IMG/VR virus record: IMGVR_UViG_3300042301_004349
Coordinates: 1 to 64,000 of that record
DNA: 64,000 nt
Strand: one strand, 5' to 3'
Source: a virus
The position numbers and the translations under genes are program-made. The first letter of the stretch is position 1; every line of letters starts with the position of its first letter. The notes under the pieces are model-generated. The model did no database searches. It had not been told where the DNA came from and saw only the letters and a list, made by a program, of their open reading frames with translations. This document shows, piece by piece, positions 18,268-27,489 of this stretch.

Positions 18268-20741
18268 AGATTCAAATTTAATGTTAATGAAATTGTTTGT
18301 TCGTTGTTTGTTTTTATTAGATTTCGGTTTTGTAACTTTTGATAATAGATTGATGGTTGCGCAAATACATCACCTATTGCCAATTTTAATTCTCCTTTTG
18401 GAAGTTTATGTAAGAATGTAATATCCAATACATCTCTACTATTTTCAAATATATTTGGATAACCCTGAAATCCTACTGCTGATATCCTATCCCCAACCCT
18501 ATTATATGTTATATTAAGAGTTTCATTCTTTTTATGAATGTTCACTCCACTATTTAGCACATAGTTTGATTGTCCCTGCAATTGTCTTTTTACGCCATTC
18601 ACTTCTACTTCGGAATTCATTATTGAAGCGTTTGTGTAAATGTCAAACCAATCATTTATTTTTTTACGGGCTTCCAACTCAACACCATATAGAATAGCTG
18701 AATTAGGGTTTGTGTAAGTTAATAATAGATTTGATGGAACTGAGCCATCAGCTACGATTTGTTCAATTGGTTTAATGAAGTTCTTACCAAATAGAGAAAG
18801 TGAAATGTTTTCACCTGCTTTTGGATACCATTCGTATTTAAGGTCTACATTATATATGTCAGATTTTTCTAACTTTGAGTTTCCTAATATTTGTGCGTTT
18901 CTAACAAAATCATAATAAGCAAAATTAGCTACTTCTCTAAACTCTGGTCTTGCTAATGTTTTACTTAATGAAAATCTATACTTTGTTTTTTCTTCGTTGT
19001 GTGAAAGGTTTATAGATGGTAATATATCCAAATACTCTCTATCTACATTTACTTTCTGTCCACTAAAATCTGCGGTTGATACATCGAATAAATTATACTC
19101 ACCTCTTAATCCAGTGTTTAATTTCCATTTACCAAATTCGGTATCATACATTGTATATAACGAACCCAAATCAAAATCAGCAGTATATCTATCAGTATTG
19201 TTTGTTATCTCATCTAACATATCAGTTGATAAGTTACGAAATATTCTAGCATTAAATCCTCTGATTCTTTTTAAGTATCCACCACCTACTTTAATATCTC
19301 CAAATTGTTTGTTGATGTTACCATTAAAAGAGTTCTCATCCATTACACTCCAAAAACGATATGTATCTCTCCACGCAGTTTGGTATGGTTCATCTACCCC
19401 CAATGATTTTGTAATTGGATTAACTCTATAATCGGGTTGTTCTCTGAAGGTGTATGTGTATCCTACATTGAAATCTAATGTTTTAACCTTACCATCTAAT
19501 TGAGAACTGATTATAACATTGTTGATATGATTTGATGCAGTAGATAAAACATTTTGCACATTATCAAAGTTATCACCAGTACGAGTTAGGTATGTATCAT
19601 CTGTTTGGTAGTTCACTAATGTTTTCCAGCTATATCTATTCTCACCCAAATAGGTTAAATTGAATAAACCATTTGTTGAAAATCGTTTTGTGAATAGAAC
19701 ATCTTTGTAATCGTATGCCAATTCGGTTGATGATTGATAATCCTTTCTATCAATGTTATTTATTGTGAATGAGTTCCTTACGGTAGAACTGAATAAAGAG
19801 TTCCATTTTCCTTTAACATACCCAAATGATAACCCTCCATTTAAATTCTGGGTGGATTGGATTGTTTCAGTTGATGGATTATTAAATAATTTGGTGTAAG
19901 CTCTCTTATCACCATTACCACTAATTCGGTATTTGTATGTGGACGGGAATGTGGAGGGGAAATCGGTAGCTTGAACTAACTTAAAATCTCTAAAAGTTGA
20001 AACCGAACCCCAACCACTTCCCGATGATATATTGAAAAAGTTATCGGATACTTCTTTTGTTGTTATTTGAACCAACCCACCACTCCAATCACCTGGCTGA
20101 TTTGCCGATGCTGATTTGGAGACTATAATGTTATCAATTAATGATGTTGGGATTATATCAAATGAAAATGCTCTCCTATCAGGTTCGGTTGATGGTAATT
20201 GTGTTTTATTTAGTAGAGCTGAATTGTATCTATCTGCTAATCCTCTTACTAATACAAACTTATCGTTTTGTATAGTTACCCCACTTACTCTTTTAAGTGC
20301 ATCACCAACATTTCTATCGGGAGTTTTCTTAATAAAATCAATTGATAATCCATCTGATACAACATTACTATTTCGTATTGTTCTTACAACTGCGGCTTCG
20401 GTTACCTTTTGAGAAACACTTCTTACAACAACTTCGGATAGTTGTTTTGCATCATCAGGAAATACAATATCAAATTCAGTGTCCTTATCAAATACTACTT
20501 CATTTGTATATTCAGTATATCCAACAAATGTAGATTTAATTTGGTATTTTCCTTCTTTTAATACGATAGAGTATTTCCCATCAGTATCTGATATTGTTGT
20601 GAAAATATCACCAGTTTGGTTTTTAAAAGAAATGTGAGAAAAGTAAAGTGTTTCCGATTTGGATTTTGTAACACCTTTGATTGTTACTTGCGAAAATAAT
20701 AGATTCGGCAAAAGTAACAATAGTAAAAAGAAACGATTCAT
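18264..20741 (-). CDS. TonB-dependent outer membrane receptor
   Basis: signal peptide + Q, carboxypeptidase-regulatory-like N-domain, LSEVVV, plug DALKRVSGVT...VRGLADRY, barrel FSLSKTLARPEFRE and DLKYEWYP. Confidence 0.93.
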   Translation of the reverse strand: MNRFFLLLLLLPNLLFSQVTIKGVTKSKSETLYFSHISFKNQTGDIFTTISDTDGKYSIVLKEGKYQIKSTFVGYTEYTNEVVFDKDTEFDIVFPDDAKQLSEVVVRSVSQKVTEAAVVRTIRNSNVVSDGLSIDFIKKTPDRNVGDALKRVSGVTIQNDKFVLVRGLADRYNSALLNKTQLPSTEPDRRAFSFDIIPTSLIDNIIVSKSASANQPGDWSGGLVQITTKEVSDNFFNISSGSGWGSVSTFRDFKLVQATDFPSTFPSTYKYRISGNGDKRAYTKLFNNPSTETIQSTQNLNGGLSFGYVKGKWNSLFSSTVRNSFTINNIDRKDYQSSTELAYDYKDVLFTKRFSTNGLFNLTYLGENRYSWKTLVNYQTDDTYLTRTGDNFDNVQNVLSTASNHINNVIISSQLDGKVKTLDFNVGYTYTFREQPDYRVNPITKSLGVDEPYQTAWRDTYRFWSVMDENSFNGNINKQFGDIKVGGGYLKRIRGFNARIFRNLSTDMLDEITNNTDRYTADFDLGSLYTMYDTEFGKWKLNTGLRGEYNLFDVSTADFSGQKVNVDREYLDILPSINLSHNEEKTKYRFSLSKTLARPEFREVANFAYYDFVRNAQILGNSKLEKSDIYNVDLKYEWYPKAGENISLSLFGKNFIKPIEQIVADGSVPSNLLLTYTNPNSAILYGVELEARKKINDWFDIYTNASIMNSEVEVNGVKRQLQGQSNYVLNSGVNIHKKNETLNITYNRVGDRISAVGFQGYPNIFENSRDVLDITFLHKLPKGELKLAIGDVFAQPSIYYQKLQNRNLIKTNNEQTISLTLNLNL

Positions 20742-20800
20742 AATTATCAAGTTAGTTCCCTAATAATTATAAATCGTTATTGTATTTTAATAGACTTTTA

Positions 20801-20838
20801 TATTAACAAATTATTAAGCTATTATGAACTAATATTAA
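20801..20838 (-). promoter_or_regulatory. putative OmpR/PhoB-family operator (11-bp periodic direct repeats)
   Basis: TTCATA-N5-TTAATA-N5-TTAATA at 20823/20812/20801, plus a fourth copy at 20833, upstream of the receptor. Confidence 0.4.
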
Positions 20839-21551
20839 TTTGGAAATATACCTTTTTTAACCATTCTATCTAAAATTCTAGCACAAGCAATATCTAGTGC
20901 TTTTTTAGTTGCTATAGAAATAGTTGATTGATTAAATTTCATTTCATCTACAGTTGCATCAGACAGGAATGTTAATTCTCTAGTTGTGGTTGCTTCACCT
21001 AACCCACTAGCAGCAAATACAACACCAGTTTCTGCATTGGTAAATCGAACTTGTAAACCTAAACGAGTTACCATCATATTCTTAACACCATCTTTAAGGT
21101 TGATGGTTTCATCTTCAGATACTGAGTAGTCATAACATTCAATTGTTACGAAGTACTCTGCTAGGTTAATTTTACCTCTACCATCTAATGGATTTTCAGC
21201 TATACCTGCTTGTGATGCTTGGAATTGCTTAACCATTCGGTTCTTAATCTCCGTTTTATCTTCGGTAAATTTGAAACGATTAAGGTTTTCTAGATATTCC
21301 ATTGAAATGTTAGCTACACCCAAACCTACTCTCTTTTCCTTTAATTCAGGGTACATTTCATACATTTCATCACTAATACCTGCTTTTAAGATTTGAATAG
21401 GAATTTGCTTACCTTCATAATCCATGAAGCGAGAAATATCAATTGCTGTTTCAAATGATGCTTTGTATTGTTCAGTTTTTGTTGAACCTACGTTTTGGGC
21501 ACTAACATTTATAGTTAGTAATAAACCCAATAATATTAATAAATTTTTCAT
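20835..21551 (-). CDS. secreted CsgG/TolB-N-fold protein
   Basis: signal peptide + Q; GLGVANISMEYLENLNRFKFTE, LGLQVRFTNAETGVVF..SGLGEA fit the CsgG-like pattern. Confidence 0.65.
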   Translation of the reverse strand: MKNLLILLGLLLTINVSAQNVGSTKTEQYKASFETAIDISRFMDYEGKQIPIQILKAGISDEMYEMYPELKEKRVGLGVANISMEYLENLNRFKFTEDKTEIKNRMVKQFQASQAGIAENPLDGRGKINLAEYFVTIECYDYSVSEDETINLKDGVKNMMVTRLGLQVRFTNAETGVVFAASGLGEATTTRELTFLSDATVDEMKFNQSTISIATKKALDIACARILDRMVKKGIFPN

Positions 21552-21566
21552 ATATAAATTAAGTTT

Positions 21567-21590
21567 AAAAAGGGAACCGAAGTTCCCTCT
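21567..21590 (-). terminator. intrinsic terminator
   Basis: AGGGAAC-TTCG-GTTCCCTTTT (UUCG loop). Confidence 0.85.
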
Positions 21591-21593
21591 TAA

Positions 21594-21842
21594 TTAAGCT
21601 TCTGTGTTATCTTTCTTTTTATGAGAGAATTTATCAAATGTATCTGCACCCATTCCTATACCTGTAATAATCATTACGGCATTTACTAACTCTGCTGATG
21701 GAGCAAAATCGGCATGTGAAAATGAGTTTAACATCATTGTAATACATAAGAACATAGCTCCTACAAATGCAATAACTGGTTTTACTGAAGTCGATCCTCT
21801 TTCATCTTTGAATAGATCGATAACCCATTGTTTGAAGTTCAT
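21594..21842 (-). CDS. small two-TM membrane protein
   Basis: two hydrophobic helices, basic tail. Confidence 0.75.
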   Translation of the reverse strand: MNFKQWVIDLFKDERGSTSVKPVIAFVGAMFLCITMMLNSFSHADFAPSAELVNAVMIITGIGMGADTFDKFSHKKKDNTEA

Positions 21843-21860
21843 ACTTTTAATTTTTAATGG

Positions 21861-22469
21861 TTAGTGAGATTCGTCGTAAGCGTCTTTTAATAGACCACAT
21901 TTTTGACACTCTAATTCTCCGTCATTATCTGAGTCGCCCCAAACATGTTCGCAGTATCTATGTGCTTTCATTTCGTGTTCTAATTTTAATTTAGCCATTT
22001 CTTGTTCATGTTCCTGAGCATCTTTAGCCATTGCTTGATCGTGTTCTTGTTGATCAGCGGCTAATTCGTGATTTTGTTTGTTTTCAACTACAGCTAAATC
22101 TCTAGCTGCTGCTGCACCTGCTACAAATGCATCTGGGATTAATGGGGTGAGTGGCTTGTTGGTTTCTTTCATATCATTAGTATGACCTAAAGTAACACCA
22201 TCTTCCTCATCCATTTTTTGTACTAACATTTTATCTTTGTCAGTATCGCTGAACCAGTAATCAATAATTTTACCATAACTACCAATGAAGGCACCTAACA
22301 ATAACATTAATAATTCTTTCCATGCTGCGGCCATTGGTGTTTGTCCCACAACAGCAGCAAAAATACCTGCTATTATCAAAATAAACCCACCTAATACCAT
22401 TGCTGTGATGTACCATCTTCTGGACATCATCTTGTTTAATAATTCTTTAAATCCTGTGTTTGGTTGCAT
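21861..22469 (-). CDS. two-TM membrane protein with EH repeats and C-terminal Cys/His metal-binding motif
   Basis: 2 TM, IIDYWFSD, QEHDQAMAK/QEHEQEMAK repeats, CEH...CQKC. Confidence 0.75.
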   Translation of the reverse strand: MQPNTGFKELLNKMMSRRWYITAMVLGGFILIIAGIFAAVVGQTPMAAAWKELLMLLLGAFIGSYGKIIDYWFSDTDKDKMLVQKMDEEDGVTLGHTNDMKETNKPLTPLIPDAFVAGAAAARDLAVVENKQNHELAADQQEHDQAMAKDAQEHEQEMAKLKLEHEMKAHRYCEHVWGDSDNDGELECQKCGLLKDAYDESH

Positions 22470-22488
22470 ACTTAATTTTGTTTATAGG

Positions 22489-22809
22489 TTACCACTTTGG
22501 TGCTTCTTCTTTAAATTCATCACCTTCTTTTTTCTTTTCAGGCTTAGCTGCGGGTTGAGCTGCTGGTTTTTCAATTACTTTTTCTCTAATCACAGTAGTT
22601 CCACCACCTGCTGATTGAGACTGTTGATTCGAGTTTTGAATGTTGATTACTGGAGCGGCTTGTTGTACTGGAGCTGGTTCATCACCACCTGTTAATTGGG
22701 TTACTCCCCAAGTACCTAAACCCATAATTGCTGTTGTAGCAACACCAATAATGGTTTTCTTTAATCCGGATAAAGTTCCGTCATTTGCATTTTCTACTTC
22801 TTCTGACAT
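22489..22809 (-). CDS. single-TM protein with Q/P/A-rich tail
   Basis: one hydrophobic helix; VINIQNSNQQSQS. Confidence 0.75.
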   Translation of the reverse strand: MSEEVENANDGTLSGLKKTIIGVATTAIMGLGTWGVTQLTGGDEPAPVQQAAPVINIQNSNQQSQSAGGGTTVIREKVIEKPAAQPAAKPEKKKEGDEFKEEAPKW

Positions 22810-22820
22810 TTTATTTAAAT

Positions 22821-23198
22821 TTATAGTTTGTTAAAGTCTGTTATTCCTAATTGTATTCCTTTAGAATCATATAATCCAATTCTATAAGCCGATGATGGTA
22901 ATGCTGATGTATATACCTTTAGTATATTATCACCTGCTTTTGCATTTATCGTCTCTTTTGATACAACTCTATTAGAAATATCAAAAATCTTAATTGTAAC
23001 TGGTTGAGCGGTTTCTAATTTAACATTCATAGCAACTTCAGTTGTTACGAATGCCGATTCTAATTTAAGTCCAACCGCATTTTGTATTTGTAGTTCTTTC
23101 TTAACTTCTACAATGGGCTCAATCAAATCATCTTTATAACATCCAGATAACAATGTTGTTACTAATACTATTGTAAGTATTCTTTTCATCGTGTTCAT
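22821..23198 (-). CDS. lipoprotein with T9SS-CTD-like/Ig-like domain
   Basis: lipobox LSGC-YKDD; VTIKIFDISNRVV...TSALPSSAYRIGL. Confidence 0.65.
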   Translation of the reverse strand: MNTMKRILTIVLVTTLLSGCYKDDLIEPIVEVKKELQIQNAVGLKLESAFVTTEVAMNVKLETAQPVTIKIFDISNRVVSKETINAKAGDNILKVYTSALPSSAYRIGLYDSKGIQLGITDFNKL

Positions 23199-23200
23199 TT

Positions 23201-23545
23201 TTAATTAATTTTAATGGTTGTTTTAGCTATTTGAGTTTTAGACCCATCTTCTAATACTAAGTATAAATATTGGGGTTGTATCGAACTCGTGTAAATTTTC
23301 TTTATGTTTTCACCCGTTTTACCATTGAACCTTTCTCTACTAATGACTTGGTCATTTACTTTATCAATTAAGGTTAATGTATAAATACCGTTTGATGGTA
23401 AATCAAAATATATAGATTGCCCATCAGTTACTAGGCTTTCAGACACACTAAATATCTTTTGTACAGGTGGTGGTGTTGGTTCAATTTCCATTTTGGTACA
23501 TCCCCACAATAACACCACAAATATGAATACTATTTTTTTCATCAT
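23201..23545 (-). CDS. lipoprotein, paralogue of 22821..23198
   Basis: lipobox LWGC; VISRE..NGKTGENIKKIYTSSI versus VVSKE..NAKAGDNILKVYTSAL. Confidence 0.7.
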   Translation of the reverse strand: MMKKIVFIFVVLLWGCTKMEIEPTPPPVQKIFSVSESLVTDGQSIYFDLPSNGIYTLTLIDKVNDQVISRERFNGKTGENIKKIYTSSIQPQYLYLVLEDGSKTQIAKTTIKIN

Positions 23546-25836
23546 TTGATTTTTACTTTTAATTGCCTACCAGCTTTATTAACCGCATCCGTTGTTGATA
23601 TAGATGTTAACCCTAATATATCAGTTATGTTGTTTATTGAGGTGAATATAATTTTATATTCTGTTGTTTTATCTAATATATCTCCACTTGTTATTAAAGA
23701 GCCTATATTAATAAAATTACCTCTATCAGTTCCAAAATTAGTAGGATTACCCTTTGTAGTAAATTCTACTTTTTCAAATTTTAATTTAGTATTATCATAA
23801 TTTAATTTAAATTGTGTTCCAACTAACTCTTGCTGTAATGGATCTACTGATAGTGTGATTATGACTTTGTTATTTATTAATTCTCCCATAGCTATTACAT
23901 TTATTTCATTTGTAATAGAATTATTCACCATACTCATACTTCTAATCGAATTACTACCCATATTGTTTATGCTTTGCTGAGCTGAATGGGATAGATTTAC
24001 ATCACCTAACCAAGTTACACTTATATTGTATGTGTTATTTAATCCACTCAATGTAAATGGTATTAGATTGCGAGTTGAATTAAATTGAGTACCCCAATTT
24101 GATGTTGTTATAGCATCATAGTCTGATTTATTATATAGCTTTAACAAATTAGTTAACGATGTTGATTGTGTTAATGATTGAGTACCTGTTAGGTGTTGTA
24201 AGAGTTTGTATGTATCACTTTCGTTGAATATACCATTACCATCTACATCTGCATTTAGATATTGTATACCATTTGTTAATCCCATACCACTTTGATTTCC
24301 AAATAACCCACCATCAGCTAATTCTTTAAATGCTAAATATACATCTGATACACCAACTATATTATTATATAATGTATTTAGTTCTGTTTGATTTGAATGT
24401 ATTAATTCTATTCCGTGTGGTTTATATACCATTATTGGTGAGAAAGAAAACTCCGATTGTAATCCCCAAAAGAACCCAGCTCGTCTTATATTAGCCGTAA
24501 ATGATGAACCTGCGAAATTAAATTCGGTTGGTGTAGAAATCCAATATGCTGCCCAAGTACCATCATCCCACTGATATGTTACAGGCCCATCCCATAAATC
24601 AAATAATTTTAAATGTGTAACATTGTTTGAAGAGATATTTGTACCTGCAAACTCTCTTTTATCAATTAGAATTTGGTATCGTTGGTTTTGGGGTTCATAA
24701 TCATATACTACACACCACTCAACTTGTCCAGCGCTTGTATTTGCTCTAACTCCCCCACTACTAACTCTAGCCGTATCTAATAAGGTTGTCAAATCCACTT
24801 TACCTAATCCACTTAATTGTCTAGCAGTTCCGTTTACTACATTCCAGTTATTATTTGTAAATGTATATCCTTTTGCTGTAAATTTAGTTTCATCTACATT
24901 AGTTCCAAAATCAATATTGAATGATGCCCTTAATACTTCTCCGTTTGAATGAGTTACACTATTAGTATAGAATTCAGTAAATGTTGCATCATCAGGATTA
25001 GTCCAAGTTCCATATTCAATTACATAAGGATTGGACCAATTATTTGATAAATCGTTCCAACTTGATACCCCATTCCATTTTGCCACTGCATAGTTCTCAC
25101 TACCATTACTACCATTTGGTTCACCAGGTGCCCAGTTATTATATACACCAGGAATATTTCCATTAGTTTGTCCATTTTGGGTTTTCATTGTTATACCCTT
25201 TTCAGGCCCAGCATCAATTTTCCAAGTCCCATCAACAACCTCATCGGTTGCCGCAAACCATACATTTGTTGCAGGAACATTAGCAAATATAAAAGCATCT
25301 TCGGAAGCTGATGTTATTGTTACTAGATAACCTTGCTGTCCTTTGAATGTAGTTAATAATGATCTAGATCTTGCGTTTGTATATGTGGTTCTTTCATTAG
25401 TTGCAGTTATAGGTCTATAAAAGTGTCCATTCACACCATTGTAAAAATAACCAACGGGATTTACAGTTGCTGCTACTGATAATTGAACATTACCAACTAT
25501 CGAACCTGTGTTTATTTTTAATGATGCTAATGCAGTATTAATATCTGCCATTGTTCCCAATACCACCAAACGAGTTTTATTACCTGATAGAGTAAATCCA
25601 CTTGCAGCAATTAATCCTCTCGTTTCATTAAGATAAAATGTAGTATTTGTTGATGGATTTATTAAACTGATTGATGCTAATAAAGTAGATGTTGCACTAA
25701 ATCCACTTAATACGAATCCACTACCATCTTGTCCGTTTGTAGATGGTATAAAAGATTTAGAGTCCGGAGCAGATACACTCTGTCCGAACCCTAAAAATGA
25801 TATAAATAAAAATAATGTAACTAATAAGTGTTTCAT
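23542..25836 (-). CDS. secreted C-type lectin / dockerin-like / cohesin-like protein
   Basis: signal + Q; NGHFY...YLVTITS...WAPGEPN...WND; ADVDGNGIFNESDTYKLL; VGTQFKLNYDNTKL. Confidence 0.8.
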   Translation of the reverse strand: MKHLLVTLFLFISFLGFGQSVSAPDSKSFIPSTNGQDGSGFVLSGFSATSTLLASISLINPSTNTTFYLNETRGLIAASGFTLSGNKTRLVVLGTMADINTALASLKINTGSIVGNVQLSVAATVNPVGYFYNGVNGHFYRPITATNERTTYTNARSRSLLTTFKGQQGYLVTITSASEDAFIFANVPATNVWFAATDEVVDGTWKIDAGPEKGITMKTQNGQTNGNIPGVYNNWAPGEPNGSNGSENYAVAKWNGVSSWNDLSNNWSNPYVIEYGTWTNPDDATFTEFYTNSVTHSNGEVLRASFNIDFGTNVDETKFTAKGYTFTNNNWNVVNGTARQLSGLGKVDLTTLLDTARVSSGGVRANTSAGQVEWCVVYDYEPQNQRYQILIDKREFAGTNISSNNVTHLKLFDLWDGPVTYQWDDGTWAAYWISTPTEFNFAGSSFTANIRRAGFFWGLQSEFSFSPIMVYKPHGIELIHSNQTELNTLYNNIVGVSDVYLAFKELADGGLFGNQSGMGLTNGIQYLNADVDGNGIFNESDTYKLLQHLTGTQSLTQSTSLTNLLKLYNKSDYDAITTSNWGTQFNSTRNLIPFTLSGLNNTYNISVTWLGDVNLSHSAQQSINNMGSNSIRSMSMVNNSITNEINVIAMGELINNKVIITLSVDPLQQELVGTQFKLNYDNTKLKFEKVEFTTKGNPTNFGTDRGNFINIGSLITSGDILDKTTEYKIIFTSINNITDILGLTSISTTDAVNKAGRQLKVKIK

Positions 25837-27485
25837 TATTCTATGATTAAGTCTATTTTGTTTCCTTTAGCATCTACTGCATCTGATAAAATAAAGAAGA
25901 ATAAACCTGCTGTATTTGTTAAAGTTGTCTTTGGTGTGAATATTAATTTGTATGGAGTACCAACTTTGATTCTTGCTGTTTTTAATTGATCAATAGAACC
26001 AAATGTTAATCTACCACTATTGTGTGTTGAGAAGTTAGTAATTGTGCTTCCAGCATCAAATATAATATTATCTAATGTTAATTTAGATTCATCATAATTC
26101 ATTATAACTTGCAAACCAGCTAATTCTGCTTTAGTTAAAGTTGTAGTTAATATAACTTTACCATTTTCTAAAGTAGACGTTACACTTAATTTAGCAGTTT
26201 CTACAGCTTCTGTTTGATAAGCCATTATAGATGGTACACTCATAGATCTTTTTAAATTCACTTCACCATTGATTGAGTTAGTATACAAACCACTACTGAT
26301 TCTAGTTGCAATTACTGCAGGATCTGATGAATGTGACCAGTTTAAATCACCACCCCATGCAAATACAGCATGAACTTCTTTTATTGGAGTATCAATTAAA
26401 ACTTTATTCTTAACTACCCCATCCAACCAACTTTGGTTTAATAAACCACTCTGCCATCTTACTGATGTTGAGGTTGATGTTGGGATAGAGGCAATAGTTG
26501 ACATATTTTGTCCCATTACATGAGCAAATAAAGCATAGGAATCGGATTCATTAAATACATTATCATTTAATGTTACGTTACCAACTTTAGTTTCTAAATT
26601 AGGATAAGTGAAGAAATTTGGTGTACCCCCAATATCAGTTTGTGAATGACCTAAGAAGGCTTTATATGCGTCTGATACAGTTACGATATTGTTCATCCAA
26701 GCTTTAGTCATTGTTGGTCCTACGAATACACCAACTGAGTCTCCAACTTTAACTTGTGTTGTAAATAATGCTTCACCACTACCATCTAATGGTAATTGGG
26801 CAATTGGTTGTTGTGCCCAATCAATAGTTCCATCAACTTTTAATTTCATTAACTGGACATTGTGGTCAGTAATAGTATATCCTTGTGGGAATAATACTTT
26901 AACTTTAAATTGCGATGTATTACCAGTTACGTTTGTTAATGATAAATTTGTAGCACTACGAGTAATAGGTGTAATGTTAGCAGAAGCATCATTAACGGCA
27001 TAAGCTAAATCTAATTTATGGATATCGTTATAAGTGTTCTGGTCTTTCAATACAAATTTTTGAGTTGCTATATCACCATTGATTGAAGCATCAGTTCTTT
27101 GAACTGTTAATTGTCCAACATTCCAATCGTTGTTTACTGCATATCCCCAAGGAGTAGCTTGATATTGTCCAGATAAACTAGTAACAGCAACATTTGCTGT
27201 TGGAGTGAATGCGTAGTTATTCCAACCTGTAAAGAATGTTTGGACTGATGTTCCTTGTGAGAACACCGTACTATTTGGTACCATAGCTAAAGCCTTATTA
27301 TTGAATGAATATCTCATCCAAAAATAACGAGGTGTTGTTGTACCTCTAGCTATTGTGTATTTTACAGTTAAGGTATCACCAACCTGATAAGGTGGGGCTG
27401 GTGTTACAGATTGTGATACGGAAATTTGACTAAATGATGTTAAAGATGTTAGGAATATTCCTAAAAATAATAATAATTTTTTCAT
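25836..27485 (-). CDS. secreted cohesin-like / dockerin-like / cohesin-like protein
   Basis: signal + Q; VGDTLTVKY..RYSFNNKAL; VTVSDAY..GNVTLNDNVFNESDSY..GDLNWS; LAGLQVIMNYDESKL. Confidence 0.75.
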   Translation of the reverse strand: MKKLLLFLGIFLTSLTSFSQISVSQSVTPAPPYQVGDTLTVKYTIARGTTTPRYFWMRYSFNNKALAMVPNSTVFSQGTSVQTFFTGWNNYAFTPTANVAVTSLSGQYQATPWGYAVNNDWNVGQLTVQRTDASINGDIATQKFVLKDQNTYNDIHKLDLAYAVNDASANITPITRSATNLSLTNVTGNTSQFKVKVLFPQGYTITDHNVQLMKLKVDGTIDWAQQPIAQLPLDGSGEALFTTQVKVGDSVGVFVGPTMTKAWMNNIVTVSDAYKAFLGHSQTDIGGTPNFFTYPNLETKVGNVTLNDNVFNESDSYALFAHVMGQNMSTIASIPTSTSTSVRWQSGLLNQSWLDGVVKNKVLIDTPIKEVHAVFAWGGDLNWSHSSDPAVIATRISSGLYTNSINGEVNLKRSMSVPSIMAYQTEAVETAKLSVTSTLENGKVILTTTLTKAELAGLQVIMNYDESKLTLDNIIFDAGSTITNFSTHNSGRLTFGSIDQLKTARIKVGTPYKLIFTPKTTLTNTAGLFFFILSDAVDAKGNKIDLIIE

Positions 27486-27489
27486 AATG

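Noticed and set aside
21594-21842. Holin of a lysis cassette
   Set aside because: Size and topology fit, but no endolysin or spanin pair is recognisable nearby; left as an unassigned membrane protein
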